From positions 128,001-192,000 of the forward strand of contig JAZKFH010000032.1 of NCBI GenBank assembly GCA_040386535.1: a stretch of DNA of 64,000 nt, given 5' to 3'. Both the position numbers and the translations under genes were made by a program. Under the pieces are notes generated by a model. That model had not been told where the DNA came from. It ran no database searches and saw only the letters and a program-made list of their open reading frames with translations. Within the stretch, counting starts at the first letter, position 1. Every line of letters starts with the position of its first letter. Shown in pieces: positions 59,653-64,000 of the stretch. The DNA is from Myxococcota bacterium. GTDB taxonomy: Bacteria; Myxococcota_A; UBA796; SXON01.

Positions 59653-60408
59653 ATGCCTGTCGGGCCCTCGATCACCTGGGAGATCCCCGTCGCGTTGCTC
59701 GTGCACGTGGCGTTGGCGGCGATCGTGGCGGTCGGCAAGTGCTCGGGCTCGGACGAGCCGCTCTTCAAGCCCGAGGACACGATCCAGGTGGCGCTCGCCG
59801 GCCCGCCCAAGAACGTGACCCGCATGCCGCAGAAGGCCGAACGCGCGCCCGACGCGCCCAAGGCCCCCGACACTCCCAAGGCGCCGGACACGCCGCCCCC
59901 GCCCAATGCGAGCGACATGGCGTTCAAGACGGACCAGGCGCCCAAGGTCAAGGGGGATCCCAACGCGGAGGCGCGCCAGAAGGCGATCGACGATCTGCGG
60001 CGCCGGCAGGCCTTGCAGGATCTCACCGCGCCCGTCGGCAAGGAAGATCGGTTGGCTTCCAATCCGGATGGGTCGGAGGACGCGGGGTCCACGGCGTCGA
60101 GCGGCATCAACGATCCGGAGCTGGCGCGCTGGAACGCCAAGACACGGGAGCAGGTCGGCCAGAGTTGGCACCCGCTGCGGTCCTTGTGCCTGGCCAACCC
60201 CGGCCTCGAAGTCATCGTCGCGGTCGACATCGACGCGAGCGGGAACACCCTCGGCGCCCCGACCGTCAAGAAGAAGAGCGGGAACGCCTCTTTCGACGAG
60301 GCGGGCCGCCGCGCCGTCGAGGCCAGCGGCGCGCTTCCCAAGCCCCCGGCGAAGTTCACCGACGGCCTCATCGCCTCGATCAAGTTCACCGGCAAGGAGT
60401 GCCAATGA
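59653..60408 (+). CDS. tolA: TolA/TonB family energy transducer
   Basis: TM helix with His, Pro-rich linker (KAPD repeats) and SGN..FD....RAV....LPKPP; between tolR and tolB. Confidence 0.85.
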   Translation: MPVGPSITWEIPVALLVHVALAAIVAVGKCSGSDEPLFKPEDTIQVALAGPPKNVTRMPQKAERAPDAPKAPDTPKAPDTPPPPNASDMAFKTDQAPKVKGDPNAEARQKAIDDLRRRQALQDLTAPVGKEDRLASNPDGSEDAGSTASSGINDPELARWNAKTREQVGQSWHPLRSLCLANPGLEVIVAVDIDASGNTLGAPTVKKKSGNASFDEAGRRAVEASGALPKPPAKFTDGLIASIKFTGKECQ

Positions 60409-61721
60409 TGCCGTCCGTCCGCCTCGTCGCCGCGCTCGTCGCGCCGCTGGTCCTCACGGGCTGCTTCGACGCCGCCGCGCAGGACGCGCCGCGCACCAAC
60501 GTCCTGGTCGAGATCGGCAGCCCCGGCGAACGCGCCGTCCCCATCGCCCTCCCCATGCCCACCGGCAGCGGCCCCGCCTCCGAGTTCTGGACCGTCGTCC
60601 GTCGTGACCTGGAGCTGTCCGGCTGGTTCCGCGTGCTCGACGTCAACGCGTCCCTCGAGCCCGCGGGCGCCGGCATCCGCGTCGGCGAGTTCGACTTCGC
60701 CGACTGGCGCCCCACCGGCGCGGCGGTCCTCGCCAAGACCAGCCTCACCGAGGCCGACGGCAAGCTCCGGACGGAGGCTTGGGTGTACGGCGTGGACGGC
60801 GGCGAGAAGCTCGGCGCCAAGGCCTTCTCCGCGCCAACGTCGGGCATGCGCAGCCTCGCGCACCGCGTGGCCGACCACATCATCCTGACCGTCACCGGCC
60901 AACGCAGCTTCTTCGACACCAAGTTCACGTTCTCGGGCAATTTCTCTGGCAACAAAGAGATCTACATGGTCGACGCCGACGGCTACGGGCGTCGCTCGGT
61001 CACCAAGAACGGCAGCATCAACCTGAAGCCCAAGTGGAACGCCACCGGCACGGCGATCGCCTACACATCGTACGCGGCCGGCAACCCCGATCTGTACGTG
61101 GCCGACCTCGGCAAGGGCCAGATCCGGCGCGTGTCGAGCCGCTCCGGGATCAACACGGGCGGCGCGTTCTCGCCGCTCGGTGACATCCTCGCGCTCACGC
61201 TCACCGTCGGCAGCGACGCCGAGATCTACACCATCGATCCGTACGCCGGCCGCGAGATCGCCCGGCTGACCGCGAGCCCCGGCATCGACGTGTCACCCTC
61301 CTGGTCGCCCGACGGCTCCAAGCTCGCCTTCGTCAGCGAGCGCAGCGGCGGCCCCCAGATCTACCAGATGAACGCGGACGGCTCGGGTGCCAAACGCGTC
61401 ACGTTCTCGGGCTCCCAGAACACCGATCCCGCCTGGTCCCCCGCTGGCGATCGCATCGCGTTCGTCGGGCGCGAGGGCGGCCACTTCGACGTGTTCACCG
61501 TGCGTCCCGACGGCTCAGGGATGGACCGCATCACCCAGGGGCAGGGCGACAACGAAGACCCGAGCTGGTCGCCCGACGGCGAGTACGTGGGCTTCTCGTC
61601 CACCCGCGAAGGCGGCGCCCACATCTGGATCGCGTCCAAGGACGGCCGCCACCAGGTCAAGGTCACCTCCGGCGGCGGCGGGTACACCAACCCCTCCTGG
61701 TCGAACCACTTGAGTTGGTAG
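60405..61721 (+). CDS. tolB: Tol-Pal beta-propeller protein TolB
   Basis: TolB N-domain (IA.P, DLELSG.F, AHRVAD.I...TG..SFF.T) and PD40 repeats (PSWSPDG). ATG 60405 overlaps the tolA stop. Confidence 0.92.
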   Translation: MMPSVRLVAALVAPLVLTGCFDAAAQDAPRTNVLVEIGSPGERAVPIALPMPTGSGPASEFWTVVRRDLELSGWFRVLDVNASLEPAGAGIRVGEFDFADWRPTGAAVLAKTSLTEADGKLRTEAWVYGVDGGEKLGAKAFSAPTSGMRSLAHRVADHIILTVTGQRSFFDTKFTFSGNFSGNKEIYMVDADGYGRRSVTKNGSINLKPKWNATGTAIAYTSYAAGNPDLYVADLGKGQIRRVSSRSGINTGGAFSPLGDILALTLTVGSDAEIYTIDPYAGREIARLTASPGIDVSPSWSPDGSKLAFVSERSGGPQIYQMNADGSGAKRVTFSGSQNTDPAWSPAGDRIAFVGREGGHFDVFTVRPDGSGMDRITQGQGDNEDPSWSPDGEYVGFSSTREGGAHIWIASKDGRHQVKVTSGGGGYTNPSWSNHLSW

Positions 61722-61754
61722 CCCGCTCCCCTTCTCCCGCACCGGAGGGCTCCC

Positions 61755-62648
61755 ATGCCCCGCGCCGCCATCGACATCGGGTCCAACTCCCTGCTCCTGC
61801 TCGTCACGGACGACGCCGGAAACGTGCTCCACGACGAGGCGAACGTGGTCGGCCTGGGGCGTGGCCTCGGCGACGTCGGGGTGTTCCGGACCGACCGCAT
61901 GGAGGCCGCGCTCACCGTCCTCGGCGCCTACGCGGCCAAGGCCCGCGAGCTCGGGGTGGCGCCGGAGAGCGTGCGCACGATCGCCACGTCGGCATCCCGC
62001 CGCGCGCTCAATGCCACGACGTTCTACGCGAACGTGCGCGCAAAGACCGGGTTGCGCGCCGAGGTGGTCACCGGCGAGGAAGAGGCGCGCCTGACCTGGC
62101 TGGGCGGGGTCACCGGCCTCGGCCTCGGGCCCGGCCCGGCGCTGCTGTGTGATCCGGGCGGCGGCTCCACCGAGGTCATCGTCGGCGAGGGGCCGCACAT
62201 CCGCAGCCGGGTGTCGTTGGAGATCGGCACGGTGCGCCTGACCGAGCAGTACCTGGGCACCGGCGTCGTGGCCGCCGCGGCGCTCGCCCGTCTCCGCGCG
62301 CACGTCGACAACGCGGTCGCGACCCTCCAATTCGAGCTGATCCCCAAGGCCGCCGTCGCGGTCGCCGGCACCGCAACCACCCTGGCCGCCGCCGATCTCG
62401 GGCTCACGGCCTACGACCCGACCGTGGTGCACGGCTCGACGCTCACGGCCGCCGCGCTGCGCCGCTGGATCGACCGCCTGCTCGCCGCGTCGCCAGAGGA
62501 GCGCAAGCGCCTCGTGGCCGTCTCCCCGGAGCGCGCGGACACCGTCCTGGCAGGCGCCGTGATCCTGCTCGCCGTACTTGAGCGAACCCGCAGGCAAGCA
62601 TGGCGGGTGTCCGATCGGGGCCTCCGGTTCGGGGCCATCCAGCGCTGA
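61755..62648 (+). CDS. ppx: Ppx/GppA family exopolyphosphatase (short form)
   Basis: AAIDIGSNS, ATSA.R.A.N, GEEEARL, D.GGGSTE, RADT..AG and VSD.GLR.G. Confidence 0.9.
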   Translation: MPRAAIDIGSNSLLLLVTDDAGNVLHDEANVVGLGRGLGDVGVFRTDRMEAALTVLGAYAAKARELGVAPESVRTIATSASRRALNATTFYANVRAKTGLRAEVVTGEEEARLTWLGGVTGLGLGPGPALLCDPGGGSTEVIVGEGPHIRSRVSLEIGTVRLTEQYLGTGVVAAAALARLRAHVDNAVATLQFELIPKAAVAVAGTATTLAAADLGLTAYDPTVVHGSTLTAAALRRWIDRLLAASPEERKRLVAVSPERADTVLAGAVILLAVLERTRRQAWRVSDRGLRFGAIQR

Positions 62649-62813
62649 CACGACGGGACATCCCGTTGGAAAGGGGGACAAACTCTTTGCAAACCGGCGG
62701 GGGCTGTGGTTGAATGCGAGCCTACGAGACCCCCCCCGCGGGATCTCGGCTCGCCTACCAGCTCCGCCTTCGTGCCCCCATTCGTCCCGGCCCTCGCGCC
62801 GCGGAGGATCCGC

Positions 62814-64000
62814 ATGGTCAAGTTCCTGCTCCCCGCCTCCCTGTTGATCATGCTCGCCGGCTGCGATGGCACGGACAAGCCCGCCACGGACGCGGTGGAC
62901 ACCGACACGGCGATCTCCGCGGTCGATGAGGACGGGGACGGCTTCCTCGTCTCCGAAGGCGACTGTGACGACAGCAACGCCGAGGTCAACCCCTCCTCGA
63001 CCGAGCTGTGCAACGGCATCGACGACAACTGCAACAGCACGATCGACGAGGGCGTCGAGGGCACGCACTACCAGGACTTCGACGGGGACGGCTTCGGCAA
63101 CCCCGACGCCGTCTCGGTCTCGTGTGACGCGCCCTCCGGCTACGTCCAGAACGGCAACGACTGCGACGACAGCGAGAACGACGCGTACCCCGGCGCCACC
63201 GAGGTTTGCGACGAGATCGACAACGACTGTAACGGTGTGATCGACGAGGGCGTGACCTCGACCTGGTACGCCGACGCCGATGGGGACACCTACGGTGACC
63301 TCGACGCGCCCACCAACGCGTGTGACCGTCCGGACGGCGCGGTCCTCGACGCGACCGATTGCGACGACACCACGAGCAACGCCTACCCCGGCAACGCCGA
63401 GGTGTGCGACGAGATCGACAACAACTGTGACGGCACGGTCGACGAGGGCGTGACCACCACGTACTACGCCGACTTCGACTCCGACACGTACGGCAACTCC
63501 TCGCTCACGCAAGAGGCTTGCGCGGTCCCCACCGGCTACACGACCAACGACGACGACTGCAACGACTCCGTCCGCACGGTGAACCCCGCCGCCACGGAGA
63601 CCTGCAACTCGGTCGACGATGACTGTGACGGCACCGTGGACGACGGCGCGACCGACATGAACACCTGGTACGCCGACACCGACGCGGACGCCTACGGCAA
63701 CGCCTCCGTGTCCATGCGCGCCTGCACGGCGCCCGCCGGCTACGTCGCCGTGTCGACCGACTGTGACGACGCGCGCGCGCTCACCAACCCCGGCGCCACC
63801 GAGTACTGCAACACCTACGACGACGACTGTGACGGCTCGGTCGACGAGGACGGCGCTGCCGACGCGCCCACCTGGTACCTCGACGCCGACGGCGACGAGT
63901 ACGGGAACCCCGCGCGCTACGACGTGCAGTGCAGCCAGCCCGCCGGCTACGTCGCCGACGGCACCGACTGCCTCGACTCCTCCGCCATCAGCTACCCCGG
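62814..64000 (+). CDS. Lipoprotein with tandem Cys/Asp-rich putative metal-binding (MopE-type) repeats; truncated by the window edge
   Basis: GGAGG SD, then MVKFLLPASLLIMLAGC lipobox, then at least five repeats of about 66 aa (W/YY.D.DGD.YG...DCDD....PG..E.C...DDDCDG..DEG). No stop before the window ends, so it is absent from the ORF track. Confidence 0.88.
   Translation, partial: MVKFLLPASLLIMLAGCDGTDKPATDAVDTDTAISAVDEDGDGFLVSEGDCDDSNAEVNPSSTELCNGIDDNCNSTIDEGVEGTHYQDFDGDGFGNPDAVSVSCDAPSGYVQNGNDCDDSENDAYPGATEVCDEIDNDCNGVIDEGVTSTWYADADGDTYGDLDAPTNACDRPDGAVLDATDCDDTTSNAYPGNAEVCDEIDNNCDGTVDEGVTTTYYADFDSDTYGNSSLTQEACAVPTGYTTNDDDCNDSVRTVNPAATETCNSVDDDCDGTVDDGATDMNTWYADTDADAYGNASVSMRACTAPAGYVAVSTDCDDARALTNPGATEYCNTYDDDCDGSVDEDGAADAPTWYLDADGDEYGNPARYDVQCSQPAGYVADGTDCLDSSAISYP

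Noticed and set aside
62651..62760. Possible c-di-GMP-I riboswitch (GAAA, GGGAC and GCAAAC-like words)
   Set aside because: The elements are not in the required order, and the P1/P2/P3 pairing cannot be built.

Overview
This is a very GC-rich, gene-dense core-chromosome segment. Its gene content points to a Myxococcota/deltaproteobacterial genome: MshEN/DUF4388 and HEAT plus HD-GYP-like proteins, an AgmX-like protein, a myxosortase-like protease, a minor-pilin/PilY1 cluster and MopE-type repeats. The first 20 kb is a minus-strand run: a GldA/GldF/GldG/DUF4340-type ABC system, a multiheme cytochrome, a CPBP protease, tsaD, rsmA, a PP2C phosphatase, an M23 peptidase, secA, rpsB-tsf-pyrH-frr-uppS-cdsA-rseP and tsaB. 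Next come signalling and redox genes, a DUF62-larE-CPBP cluster, pilMNOPQ-aroK-aroB-aroQ-accB-accC, fimU-pilV-pilW-pilX-pilY1, a sigma54 response regulator, two GT4 glycosyltransferases, tolQRAB, ppx and a truncated repeat lipoprotein. The best finding is missed by the ORF track. The cytochrome gene extends upstream through an in-frame UGA in a C-G-U motif, followed 12 nt later by a SECIS-like hairpin with a GGUCU loop. This predicts a 507-aa selenocysteine lipoprotein (degenerate UshA-like domain plus four CxxCH motifs) translationally coupled to the Gld-type ABC operon. Other observations include a 3x17-bp promoter tandem repeat, several probable leaderless genes, a lipoprotein TolB with no adjacent pal, a Cys-less peroxiredoxin-rhodanese fusion and a cluster of degenerate c-di-GMP domains. 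I saw no rRNA, tRNA, CRISPR array or mobile element. All calls come from motif recognition by eye; no database search was run.
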